Positions 48,626-58,012 of a stretch of DNA of 64,000 nucleotides are shown here, piece after piece. How positions within the stretch are numbered: the stretch's first letter is position 1; every line of letters starts with the position of its first letter. A program made the position numbers and the translations under genes. The notes under the pieces were generated by a model that saw only the letters and a program-made list of their open reading frames with translations, made no database searches and was not told the origin of the DNA. Source of the stretch: a virus. The stretch covers positions 2,763 through 66,762 of IMG/VR virus record IMGVR_UViG_3300042556_001316; one strand, 5' to 3'.

Positions 48626-51040
48626 TTATTGTTGAGTTTCCATTTGTTCTTGCATTTCAGGTCCCATTTGTTGTTGAGGTCCTTGTTCCATTTCTTGCTG
48701 TTGCATTTGCTGCATTTCAGCTTCTTGCTGTTGAGCTAATGCTTGTTGTTGCTCCTGATTTTGAACTGCTATTGGAACAGTTACGTTCTGTAACATGCTC
48801 GCAACCAATGCCTGAAGTTCTGCTGGAACAGGAATATTTGCTTTTGCAAGATCAAAAACGCCTTGTAATATAATTTCCTTTTCTTTAGCCAAAGCTCTTT
48901 TGCCATCAATTATTGTATCTGCTTGCATTTTTGCTTGAATACTAGCTTGTTGAGCTTCTGCATTTTGCTGAGAGTTAACCATAGCTTTCTCTTGCTCAGT
49001 TTTTATAAATCTTTTTTGTGCCTGTCTAAAATACAATTCTCCAAGTTCTACATTTTCTTTAGCCATTCTCATTGCTTTAAATGGATCTAAGTAAATAACC
49101 AACTGAGGATTTGATGCAACAGCATTGTTCATCATTGCTTGTAATGTAGCAACTTGTACATCGTCAGGCATCATCTTTATAGAAGCAACAAAGTTTCTAT
49201 CTTTTACATCTTCTTGATTTAATAAATCGCTGTATTTTTTAGCACCATGCGTAACGCTTTTATTAATTAAGCAAGCAACTTTTTTAGCTGTTTCTTCCAT
49301 TACATAAATATATGCATCATACATATATTCAGTAGCGTTATTTGCTAGAACTCTTGAAGTTTCAATATTAGAAGCGGAAACTCTTGGTTGTGCAGCCTGA
49401 TTCATTAAATTAGGATCTTCACCTAATTCATCTTTCAGTACTTGATAATGGAATTGATATAACTGAATTAAAGCTTGCAATTGAGGCGAAAAACCTGTAT
49501 TAGCCAATTCAGTAATAGGAACAGGAATACGATTACCTTCGGCATCTCTTCCACGATAATAAAGCTTACCTGTTTGTTCCCATATTTTTTGAACGTCAAT
49601 TGGCTTAACAGAATCACCTAACCCCAAATCAAGTTCTTGAAGCGCATCAACGTCAATTGCTGCACCTGCCGGAACCATCTTAGCTACAAGTTGTTGTATC
49701 TTTAATCTAGCTAAAATCATTTGCTCAATAGGCTCTTCAATTTTTTCTGGTACAGCTACGTTACGCATGTCATAAGGATCATACATATAAAAGCTATAAG
49801 AAAATTCTGCGTTGCCTATTTCTTTTGGATCTTGTGGACGAATCATGTTTTTCTTAATACCCCAATGAATCATTTTTTGAGTAACTGGGCAATAAACACC
49901 ATGATAAATATTCCACTTCTTTTCTTCTAAATATTCTTGATTTTCATCTAATTTTTCTGGCTTACCTTTTTTAATAATAGTGCTACCATTCTTTTTAGTT
50001 TTAGTAACAGTATAACCATCAGAGTCTAAAGTGCGAATTTCAAAATTCACCAAATCAATATTCCACTCATCATAAGGTCTTAACCAAGCAACATTCCAAT
50101 CCTGCATCCACTTAATTTTATCGGTAAGTTGATACTCTTTTGAAGATTGTGCTAATTGAAATATATCTTCTTCAGAAAGTGTACCCCCTGCTGCTTGACT
50201 ATACCTTGCTCTTACTTCACTAATCTTCATTGAAAGAATATGACCTCTATAAGTGGTATCTCTAAAATCAGGAAAATCAGAATATGAATAAATAGCATTT
50301 TCAGGTCTAATCCATTGAACATGAACTTCACCTTCTTCATCCATCCAAGTGTATGTACACACTAATCCAACCTCAGCTGAATCATGCAATAATCTTTGCT
50401 TTAAAACATCATTCCAACCATTAGCTTCAAAAACATTATTACAACCAATGCTGTATAATATTTCTTCTGGTAAATGATTGAACTCCATTATCCATTGATC
50501 TAATTCATCTTTATCTTCTGCAACAAATGTATCTTTAGGAATAATTTCAACACCAGACTCTTGCTGTAATTGAGCAAGAGTTTCTTTATTTCTGTATAAA
50601 AATTCTGCCTCATCTGCTTGTCTTTGTTTTAACATTGCAGATGCGCTGTCATTAGCATTAACTGTAATTTTTTCTCTCCTACTCATCCAAGAACCAACCA
50701 ATCTAGCAACAATAGTATTACCAATAATAATTGATTTCCAGTTAATATTTACAAAGTTGGCTTTACCATTCATTTCCAATCGGTCCATAAACACACTCAT
50801 GTCTACTTTACCGTTAGCAATTTGTCTGTTTTTTCTAAATCTATTATTTCTTAACCAAAAATAAGTTTGGTTGCCATAGATTGTAGAATAAATATTTTGG
50901 GCAACATTTTTACCGTATAAATAATCTTTTTTAGACGCTACATCAGTAGTAATTTGGAAGTCTTTAAGCGACTGCCCACTACTATTTGCCGAGGATATGT
51001 ATAAGGGACTCTCTGCCAATTTGAATATATTTTGTGTCAA
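48626..51040 (-). CDS. portal protein
   Basis: About 800 aa after the terminase, Gln-rich C-terminus; real start may be the TTG at 51019. Confidence 0.85.
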   Translation of the reverse strand: MTQNIFKLAESPLYISSANSSGQSLKDFQITTDVASKKDYLYGKNVAQNIYSTIYGNQTYFWLRNNRFRKNRQIANGKVDMSVFMDRLEMNGKANFVNINWKSIIIGNTIVARLVGSWMSRREKITVNANDSASAMLKQRQADEAEFLYRNKETLAQLQQESGVEIIPKDTFVAEDKDELDQWIMEFNHLPEEILYSIGCNNVFEANGWNDVLKQRLLHDSAEVGLVCTYTWMDEEGEVHVQWIRPENAIYSYSDFPDFRDTTYRGHILSMKISEVRARYSQAAGGTLSEEDIFQLAQSSKEYQLTDKIKWMQDWNVAWLRPYDEWNIDLVNFEIRTLDSDGYTVTKTKKNGSTIIKKGKPEKLDENQEYLEEKKWNIYHGVYCPVTQKMIHWGIKKNMIRPQDPKEIGNAEFSYSFYMYDPYDMRNVAVPEKIEEPIEQMILARLKIQQLVAKMVPAGAAIDVDALQELDLGLGDSVKPIDVQKIWEQTGKLYYRGRDAEGNRIPVPITELANTGFSPQLQALIQLYQFHYQVLKDELGEDPNLMNQAAQPRVSASNIETSRVLANNATEYMYDAYIYVMEETAKKVACLINKSVTHGAKKYSDLLNQEDVKDRNFVASIKMMPDDVQVATLQAMMNNAVASNPQLVIYLDPFKAMRMAKENVELGELYFRQAQKRFIKTEQEKAMVNSQQNAEAQQASIQAKMQADTIIDGKRALAKEKEIILQGVFDLAKANIPVPAELQALVASMLQNVTVPIAVQNQEQQQALAQQQEAEMQQMQQQEMEQGPQQQMGPEMQEQMETQQ

Positions 51041-51045
51041 ATATA
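51038..51045 (-). promoter_or_regulatory. Bacteroidota -7 promoter element
   Basis: TATATTTG upstream of the portal gene. Confidence 0.55.
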
Positions 51046-51075
51046 CTAAATATCCAGAATTTAATAAAATTTTAA

Positions 51076-53124
51076 TTAATTAAAAGAAGGAACGTAGCTT
51101 TTTACCAATGGTTCTCTCTTTGGCGGTTTTATAACAGGCTCCATTAAACAAACTATTAGCATCAAAAATGATACAGTTATGTCATAGTCTGTTCTATTGT
51201 TTGGATCAAATTTTTTGGCATCTTCTAATAAATTCTCAAAATCTATAGAATCAATATGTGACTCAAAATACATTATTCCAACATCAGCCTGTTTTGTAAG
51301 GCTAAACGGAGTAGTTGGGAATCCTTTGTGTCTTTCAGCTGTTTCTCTTTTAGCTGGATCAATAGTTGAAATTGGGTAAGAACCTAAATAACCAACTCTC
51401 CCCCTATCTCTAAAATAAGATAAATAATCATCACTATTATGTTCGTACCAAGCCTGATAACCATAATATTCTGCCGCCAAAAGTACCTGTTCGTGTAATG
51501 TTTCTTTAATATTAGGCCTACCATACAAATGCCCTATAGCCTTACCTGTACTTGATGGATCTAACAAATTGTACCTTCTCCCAATCCAAGCAGATGCTTT
51601 AGAACCATATTTACCTCCTTGACTATTACTATATCCATCAATTGCAATAGCGCCATCATCGGTTCTTCCGGGCTTTCTTGTTCTAATATCAAACAAATGA
51701 CTGTTCTCTTTTCCAACAGGTGGAAATTGAGTAATAACCCAATGAAAATCCTCTTCTTTATCGTTAATATTCCTCCATTTGACAGTTTGGTCAATATCTC
51801 TGTAAAATACAATATGACGCTTCAATACGGGATTTTCTTTTAAATAAGACTCTCTTGCGGTAATATTCATTACATTAAAAATACAGCCGTCAGCATCAGT
51901 ACTAAATGCCTCATCAATCGTTAATGGCTCTTTTCTAATACGAGCAGACAATGCTCTTGGGTTGTTTTTAACCGTTTCTCTATCTGCTTCAATTTGCAAC
52001 AATGTTTTTTCTTCATCCGGGAATCCGAAATCATCAAAGTTTCTTGTTCTTTTAGCAGACATAAAAAATCTATACAAACCACTTGATGTAGCTCCATTTT
52101 GCTGTCTTTTTTCCTGATTACTTTCTTCCCATAGCAACTTAAATGCATCCTGAACTCCATCTTTTTCAGATGTAAGTTTTTCTACAGTAGTAGTATAAAG
52201 AGCTTTACCAATTATTTTACCTTCATCATCTAACAAGCAATAACGTACAACCTCGTGTCTATCATACACGTTTACCTCAGTTGTTTTACCGCACTCATCC
52301 GCTACATATCTATGTAATTTTTGTCCATCATAAGCAACCGTATCAGCAGACTGATGGTCAATAACTGAACCTAATTCATCTTTATCTACATTCTCCTCTG
52401 CCTTTTTACCTCTTACGTTTGTTTTTTGGAATCTCATTTCAGACTTTGGATTAACTCCCAAAGACATATCATATTCAGGTCTAAAAAACTTAGGAAGCCT
52501 CCTAAATGGATTCACAACAGTCTTAGCAAAGAACTTCTTAGCATCCGAACCGGTTTTAGATTGAATACCACCATTTGTCATTTTGGTTCTAGTAGTATAT
52601 TCTGTAACAAATAAACCAGCCACAAAAGATTTACCAAAACGTCTTTTTGTAACCTCAAGCATACCCATACAAAGCGGATCCTGTATGCAATAATCCATAA
52701 AATAGAACTTCTCTAGGTCTGGCATCCTAAATTTAGGATAACCAATATCTATACTCCACCATTGTAAATACAAATAATGCATGCCAGTCAAATAGGTCGG
52801 TTTGCCATTATTCATATACCAAAAGCCATTCAATCTCCTATCCCACTCTTGCTTCTTAAATTCTTCTAGCTTCTCATCATAGAACTCCGGGGCCTCATCT
52901 TTTTTCTTTTTATCATATTCGTCCCATTCTTTCATAGTATCTGCATACCAATGTGGTAAGGGTATTCTTTTCCAATATTGCTCTGATTTAACATCCGACC
53001 TTTGATAAACGCCTCTAAACTCAACCTGTTTAGTCAATATATTGAATACATACCCTTCAGGTGGAAGATTACAATCTAACCCCTGAATGTGAATCGTGGA
53101 ACCTTTTTCAATTTTTTCGTACAT
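51076..53124 (-). CDS. terL: terminase large subunit
   Basis: KRRFGKS Walker A, YVADECGK Walker B, C-terminal nuclease (AIDGY, RTDYD). Confidence 0.92.
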   Translation of the reverse strand: MYEKIEKGSTIHIQGLDCNLPPEGYVFNILTKQVEFRGVYQRSDVKSEQYWKRIPLPHWYADTMKEWDEYDKKKKDEAPEFYDEKLEEFKKQEWDRRLNGFWYMNNGKPTYLTGMHYLYLQWWSIDIGYPKFRMPDLEKFYFMDYCIQDPLCMGMLEVTKRRFGKSFVAGLFVTEYTTRTKMTNGGIQSKTGSDAKKFFAKTVVNPFRRLPKFFRPEYDMSLGVNPKSEMRFQKTNVRGKKAEENVDKDELGSVIDHQSADTVAYDGQKLHRYVADECGKTTEVNVYDRHEVVRYCLLDDEGKIIGKALYTTTVEKLTSEKDGVQDAFKLLWEESNQEKRQQNGATSSGLYRFFMSAKRTRNFDDFGFPDEEKTLLQIEADRETVKNNPRALSARIRKEPLTIDEAFSTDADGCIFNVMNITARESYLKENPVLKRHIVFYRDIDQTVKWRNINDKEEDFHWVITQFPPVGKENSHLFDIRTRKPGRTDDGAIAIDGYSNSQGGKYGSKASAWIGRRYNLLDPSSTGKAIGHLYGRPNIKETLHEQVLLAAEYYGYQAWYEHNSDDYLSYFRDRGRVGYLGSYPISTIDPAKRETAERHKGFPTTPFSLTKQADVGIMYFESHIDSIDFENLLEDAKKFDPNNRTDYDITVSFLMLIVCLMEPVIKPPKREPLVKSYVPSFN

Positions 53125-53125
53125 A

Positions 53126-53512
53126 TTATGAGCGTTTGCCTGCTAATTCACCTATTTCATCAGCAACACTTTCTGGTGAAAATGGTCTTTTATTTATTAC
53201 AACTGCCTCTTTTTTACTTTCTTTTCCTTCTTGATTAATGCCGGCAGATATTTCTAATGCTCTGATAGATTCAGTAATTGTACCAGCTTCAGACCAAAGC
53301 TTCTGCAATCTTTCAAATGATTTATCTTTCGGATCAATTAATTCAATATCCAATAAGTTAATTCTATTTAGCAATTCCGCCATTTCATTTGCCTTCCTTT
53401 GCAAACTGTAATAAAGCTTAATTGCACCATCTTGTTCATAATAAGCTAGTTTACCCATTAAATAGGCATTGGATTTTTCTAACTCTTTTATTTTTTGCTC
53501 TAATTCAGACAT
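53126..53512 (-). CDS. hypothetical protein, possible terminase small subunit
   Basis: Helical; directly upstream of terL. Confidence 0.55.
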   Translation of the reverse strand: MSELEQKIKELEKSNAYLMGKLAYYEQDGAIKLYYSLQRKANEMAELLNRINLLDIELIDPKDKSFERLQKLWSEAGTITESIRALEISAGINQEGKESKKEAVVINKRPFSPESVADEIGELAGKRS

Positions 53513-54195
53513 ATTACGTCAGTGGTTGTTATTACTAATCTTGATGCATCAGAAATTCCATATCCAATCAAAACCTCATTATTAATTACTCTTGATGTCA
53601 AATTGTGATCAATAGCAATTACCTCATTTCTTTCATGTCCTTCTGGATAATATCTTAATCTAATTATTCTTCCTTCAGTACCATCATCATTTTGATAAAT
53701 AATCTCATAATCACTTGATATTAATGTAGTTACAACTTTACCAGTTAATTCTCCGCTTGTAACATATATTTTATTCTTAATCAAAGTAGGCGGTATGCCT
53801 TCTAAAAATCCATTGTAAGGCTCAAAAACTCTTAATCCTGTAACAAAATTATTAAGTGGCTGCCAAGCTTCATTCTGACTATTTCTCCATAAAAAACATT
53901 CTTCAATAGGTATTGAAAAATACTGAATATCAGAAGATGCTTCAGCTGTTGGCCTTAAATAGTTAAAAAGTTTGTATGTGTCATGTGTAGCATTATGGTG
54001 TATCAGTATTTCAGCACCTTCTGGAATATCCTTAGCTGCCACAACTGTTGCGTTTACTGGTTTAACGTAACGCATATTAAAATTATCATAAACTCTTTCA
54101 AGCTTAATTTTAGTACCATCCTTGAAAGTATGGCTGTTTTTACTTTCTAAATCAACTTTAATAATAACTCTATTTGACGGAGCGATTAATTTCAT
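53500..54195 (-). CDS. GroES-like domain protein
   Basis: LIAPSNRVIIKV...NATVVA..IPEGAEILIHHN. Confidence 0.55.
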   Translation of the reverse strand: MKLIAPSNRVIIKVDLESKNSHTFKDGTKIKLERVYDNFNMRYVKPVNATVVAAKDIPEGAEILIHHNATHDTYKLFNYLRPTAEASSDIQYFSIPIEECFLWRNSQNEAWQPLNNFVTGLRVFEPYNGFLEGIPPTLIKNKIYVTSGELTGKVVTTLISSDYEIIYQNDDGTEGRIIRLRYYPEGHERNEVIAIDHNLTSRVINNEVLIGYGISDASRLVITTTDVICLN

Positions 54196-54197
54196 AT

Positions 54198-54272
54198 TTA
54201 ATTAATTTAATTCAAAGGTAGTGATTTTATTAACTTAATCAATTTTTAATTGCAAAAAATGCATTATATTTG
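54198..54272. promoter_or_regulatory. divergent promoters
   Basis: TACCTTTG (-) 54213-54220, TATATTTG (+) 54265-54272, AT box 54198-54212. Confidence 0.65.
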
Positions 54273-54316
54273 TATTGCCCAAAAAAAAATTCATAACAAT
54301 AAAAACAATTTAAAAA

Positions 54317-54694
54317 ATGGCAAATCATTTATCAGTTTATGTTTATCGTAGAAATCAATACGATTTAACAAATCCTAACGGTACTGCTGCAACTAGCGGT
54401 GTTTTATTTTCTTTACCAACAGCCGACTTACAGGTTCAACCATCTACAGTTGTAGCAAATGGTGTACAGATGAACTCTTTAATTCTCATCTACCCTAGTG
54501 GTTTAAATCAACCAGCTGAAAAATTATACAGCAATGCAACTGTTGCTGGATTAATTGCAGCTATTAATGGTAGTGGTATTGCTACAACTACAACTACGAC
54601 TACAACAACATCTACCACAACTACAACAACAGCGGCTCCAACCACAACTACAACAACAGCGGCTCCAACCACAACTACAACAACAGCAGCTTAA
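54317..54694 (+). CDS. putative virion decoration protein with poly-Thr tail
   Basis: Paralogue of 54731..54994 plus a (T6AAP)n tail. Confidence 0.75.
   Translation: MANHLSVYVYRRNQYDLTNPNGTAATSGVLFSLPTADLQVQPSTVVANGVQMNSLILIYPSGLNQPAEKLYSNATVAGLIAAINGSGIATTTTTTTTTSTTTTTTAAPTTTTTTAAPTTTTTTAA
54614..54687 (+). repeat. 27-bp tandem repeat, about 2.7 copies
   Basis: ACCACAACTACAACAACAGCGGCTCCA. Confidence 0.9.
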
Positions 54695-54730
54695 TCAAAA
54701 CAATTAAAAAACAAATAAAAACATTATAAA

Positions 54731-54994
54731 ATGGCACAAATAGTATCAATAACCGCATATCGCAGAAATCAATACGATTTATTAAACCCTAACGGAACTC
54801 CAGCAACTTCTGGTATTGCTTACGGATTCCCAGTTGAAGGATTCGTAGCTTATCCAGCTCCTTCTGGAACAGTAGCAAACGGAGTAACTATGAACTCAAT
54901 AGTTGAAGTAGCACCTACTGGCTTAAATCAAGTACCAGTATTGTTTTATACAACTTCTACTGTAGCACAAATCAATTCAGCTGCAAACGCTTAA
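54731..54994 (+). CDS. putative virion decoration protein
   Basis: YRRNQYDL.NPNGT.ATSG shared with the upstream paralogue. Confidence 0.75.
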   Translation: MAQIVSITAYRRNQYDLLNPNGTPATSGIAYGFPVEGFVAYPAPSGTVANGVTMNSIVEVAPTGLNQVPVLFYTTSTVAQINSAANA

Positions 54995-55003
54995 ATAAAT
55001 TAG

Positions 55004-55028
55004 GCCCCTATTTTTTAGGGGCTTTTTT
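55004..55028 (+). terminator. intrinsic terminator
   Basis: GCCCCTA-T loop-TAGGGGC followed by a T tract. Confidence 0.8.
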
Positions 55029-55161
55029 ATTTTCTTTATATACTGTTTTTAGATTTTTGTAGATTCTTTCTGCATCATCAATAGTTTTGCCTGAACCGGC
55101 AGCTAGGGCAACAGATAATCTTCTTAATTTTTTGGCCGCTTTGTTATTCATTTTTTAGGTT

Positions 55162-55284
55162 TTATCTACCCTGACCTCTGTATTCTTTAGGCTTAGGCGT
55201 GTGTTTGTTATAAGTTTTTTTTGCACTTCCTGTTTTTCTTTTACCGAATGAAATTTTTCTGGAATCAGATTTAACTTTGGCCAT
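55162..55284 (-). CDS. small basic protein (not in ORF track)
   Basis: MAKVKSDSRKISFGKRK...YRGQGR, 40 aa. Confidence 0.5.
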   Translation of the reverse strand: MAKVKSDSRKISFGKRKTGSAKKTYNKHTPKPKEYRGQGR

Positions 55285-55558
55285 TTTGCTCTTTTTTAAG
55301 GATTAATTGGTACGAATATAAACCATTTTTTTCATATCTTTTATTCAAGGAATGGCCCCCAAACTTTTCTTTCCTAAAATCCCTTAATCCAGCAGATACT
55401 GAAGCTTCCGGAATACCGGTAAAATGAGATATTTCCCCAAGAGTCCTGTAAACAGAGTCTTTCATTAACTCTTTTAGCTTATAATGGTTATTTGCCAATC
55501 TTTGGTAATCCCTTTCTTTTACATAATCAGCACCATCAAATTGTAATTCTTGTTGCAT
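55271..55558 (-). CDS. winged-helix DNA-binding protein
   Basis: RTLGEISHFTGIPEASVSAGLRDFRK. Confidence 0.75.
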   Translation of the reverse strand: MQQELQFDGADYVKERDYQRLANNHYKLKELMKDSVYRTLGEISHFTGIPEASVSAGLRDFRKEKFGGHSLNKRYEKNGLYSYQLILKKEQNGQS

Positions 55559-55562
55559 AATA

Positions 55563-55784
55563 CTATTTATTTTTAAAATAATCTAAGTCAATACTTCCGC
55601 CGTCCATCTTATTTGGGTAGACGATAATGTCGGTATCGTAAAAGTTCCGCACGATACCACTGTCGTGTAATATAACTTTCCAAACGGTGTTGACTTCGCT
55701 TCCGTAATCAATCCATGCGATTGCTTTTCCTTTTCCGAGTGGGGTATGGACATCTATTATATTTTTTAGTTCATGAATATACAT
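55563..55784 (-). CDS. hypothetical protein
   Basis: 73 aa; VHTPLGKGKA..IDYG. Confidence 0.7.
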   Translation of the reverse strand: MYIHELKNIIDVHTPLGKGKAIAWIDYGSEVNTVWKVILHDSGIVRNFYDTDIIVYPNKMDGGSIDLDYFKNK

Positions 55785-56122
55785 TAAAATGGGGTTTCTT
55801 CTTGTTTACCAGATAGTAATTGAATGCTTGATACCCTTGCGTGCAACTGAGCAATCGTTTCATTTGTACTATTATTCAAATAAGTTTTAGCTTCTGGTTT
55901 ACCTTCCATATAAATCAAGGTACCTTTTTTTAAGTAATTTGCAACATTTATTTTTTCTGTCCAATAAGCACAAGAAATCCAAGTCGTTTTATCAACTTCT
56001 TGACCATCTTGTTTTTTAAATTTTTCACTGTAAGCCATTGAGAAATTAATCACCGTCTTACCATTCACATTGTTTACGATTGCATCTTGTCCTAATCTTC
56101 CGATTACTGAAATTCTAATCAT
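55784..56122 (-). CDS. ssb: single-stranded DNA-binding protein
   Basis: IGRLGQDA, TTWISC, YLKKGTLIYMEG, C-terminal PF. Confidence 0.92.
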   Translation of the reverse strand: MIRISVIGRLGQDAIVNNVNGKTVINFSMAYSEKFKKQDGQEVDKTTWISCAYWTEKINVANYLKKGTLIYMEGKPEAKTYLNNSTNETIAQLHARVSSIQLLSGKQEETPF

Positions 56123-56142
56123 TGTTTTGTTTTTTATAGTTA

Positions 56143-58008
56143 TTAAAATATTACTTCTTCGCCATCATCATTTTTGTACGGAAGCCAAGCCTGACTTGCT
56201 TCTTTACGCTTCCAAAAATCATAACCTTTTTTATTCAACATATCTTGTATAAAATCTTTCCCTGCAATATAAAATCTTCTTCTATCCCATAAATATTCAG
56301 CAAGAACAAATCCTTTTCTACCAACACTTTTCTTTTTAATTTTTTTTGAGTGAAATTCTGCTAATGGATTATTTGGATCTGTTTGCGCAAATGGTCTATG
56401 ATAAACAGTTATGTTATCCATTTTATTATTCCACATTGCACCATCTGCAACATCAAATACATCTGGACATTTATAGTTACCTGACCTATCTCTTTCCATT
56501 AATTTAGGATGCGCTACAATCCAAAAATATACATCATTCTTTTTTGCAAATCTTGAGAAATCTGATAGCAATGTTTCAAGATATTTATCAGTTCTACCAC
56601 CAAAACCTTTATAGTCATTTGTCATTTGGTTGAATGGATCAATGCAACAGAAATCAACCTTTTCTTGCACAATTAACTCAAGAAACTTTTCTTTGATATA
56701 CTGTGGGGTAGGAGAAAGCATTTCTGCGCTTATGTAAAATATGTGTTTTGATATAAAATCATAAGCAGCTTCATACACTTCGTTTGATGGTCTATTTGGA
56801 TTAAATGGTGTACACTCGCATCCCAATAACATCTCTACATAGTCATGAAAATATTCTTCAGCAGGAGTATCTTCTGGTGAAAATGTAGCCACCTTTTCTC
56901 CGTACATTATAATTCTTGATAAAATCTGTGATTTCTGCCAAGCGGTTTTTCCGTAGTTACCAATACCAGTCAAAAGCGTAATTTCCCCTCTTTTTGGTTT
57001 AAATAAATAATCAAGTTCTGGTATACCAATACCCATTATCTTCTCAAAACCTCTCTCATTTATTGACAAAGCCCTATCCTTTACATCAATACCATACACA
57101 ACATCTTCAATCCTGTAATTTTCACCATTTTCTTCTGTAAATTCCTTCTTTACATCAATCTCATAATTGGTTGTTTTATTAACAAGCTTCTCTTTCTGTA
57201 TAGAAGCTGTTCCAAAATTACCTCTATTTGCCCTATATCCGCTCTTTACGGCGCTTTTCATCTCTGACATAGTAAAGTCATTGCTCACAGTATATTCCGC
57301 CGAAATAAGGCCTAATGCGGCGTTTTCTTCAATACCAAACCTGCAACAAGCTGATGCCAACTTGAAAATATATGTATTTCTTTCGCCAGTTACAAATGCA
57401 TCGTTCTTGTTGGTAAGCCATTTTAATATTCTACGAAAGTTTTCGGAATCGTCTAAATTCTGGGTTTCAGAAACAATGATTTTTTCAATTTTCTTAGCTT
57501 TTGCGAATACGGTAGCCTTCTCGTTTATGTAAATATCAGTATCAAAACTCTCATAACAAACCCTACTTACGTTAATTCCACTCCTATCAATCTCCGGAAA
57601 AACCTCTTGTAATGACTGGAAATGTTCTCTATGCTTTGATCCGTCTGCTATCTTAACCAATGCTTTTAGACCATTACCAGATGGGCTAACCCAACATGCG
57701 TAAACAAAATCATTAGAAATAATTTCAGTTTGCTTATCCCTTAAATCAGAAATATCGTCAAAGTCAAGCACAATAAAACCGCTATGCTCAATAAGTTGAT
57801 CATCTTTCCTGTCTGCTCCAAACTTACCACTAAAACATACGGAAGGTAAATTTAATTTAATTTTATTAGCCTTTTCTTTATCAAGAGTATTTCTAATTTC
57901 AGTTACCAGTTCTTTACTTGAACCAGTTTTAATCCTTTCTAATGCTTTTTCAATCGTTATAAAATGCGGTTCCTTGCTAAAAATGTTTTTAAAAATAGTA
58001 GCTATCAT
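56143..58008 (-). CDS. primase-helicase (VirE_N/BT4734-like domain + PriCT + DnaB/T7 gp4-type helicase)
   Basis: KLNLPSVCFSG, LDFD, SPSGNGLK; GERN; TGIGNYGKT, CIDPFN, VAHP. Confidence 0.85.
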   Translation of the reverse strand: MIATIFKNIFSKEPHFITIEKALERIKTGSSKELVTEIRNTLDKEKANKIKLNLPSVCFSGKFGADRKDDQLIEHSGFIVLDFDDISDLRDKQTEIISNDFVYACWVSPSGNGLKALVKIADGSKHREHFQSLQEVFPEIDRSGINVSRVCYESFDTDIYINEKATVFAKAKKIEKIIVSETQNLDDSENFRRILKWLTNKNDAFVTGERNTYIFKLASACCRFGIEENAALGLISAEYTVSNDFTMSEMKSAVKSGYRANRGNFGTASIQKEKLVNKTTNYEIDVKKEFTEENGENYRIEDVVYGIDVKDRALSINERGFEKIMGIGIPELDYLFKPKRGEITLLTGIGNYGKTAWQKSQILSRIIMYGEKVATFSPEDTPAEEYFHDYVEMLLGCECTPFNPNRPSNEVYEAAYDFISKHIFYISAEMLSPTPQYIKEKFLELIVQEKVDFCCIDPFNQMTNDYKGFGGRTDKYLETLLSDFSRFAKKNDVYFWIVAHPKLMERDRSGNYKCPDVFDVADGAMWNNKMDNITVYHRPFAQTDPNNPLAEFHSKKIKKKSVGRKGFVLAEYLWDRRRFYIAGKDFIQDMLNKKGYDFWKRKEASQAWLPYKNDDGEEVIF

Positions 58009-58012
58009 CGTA

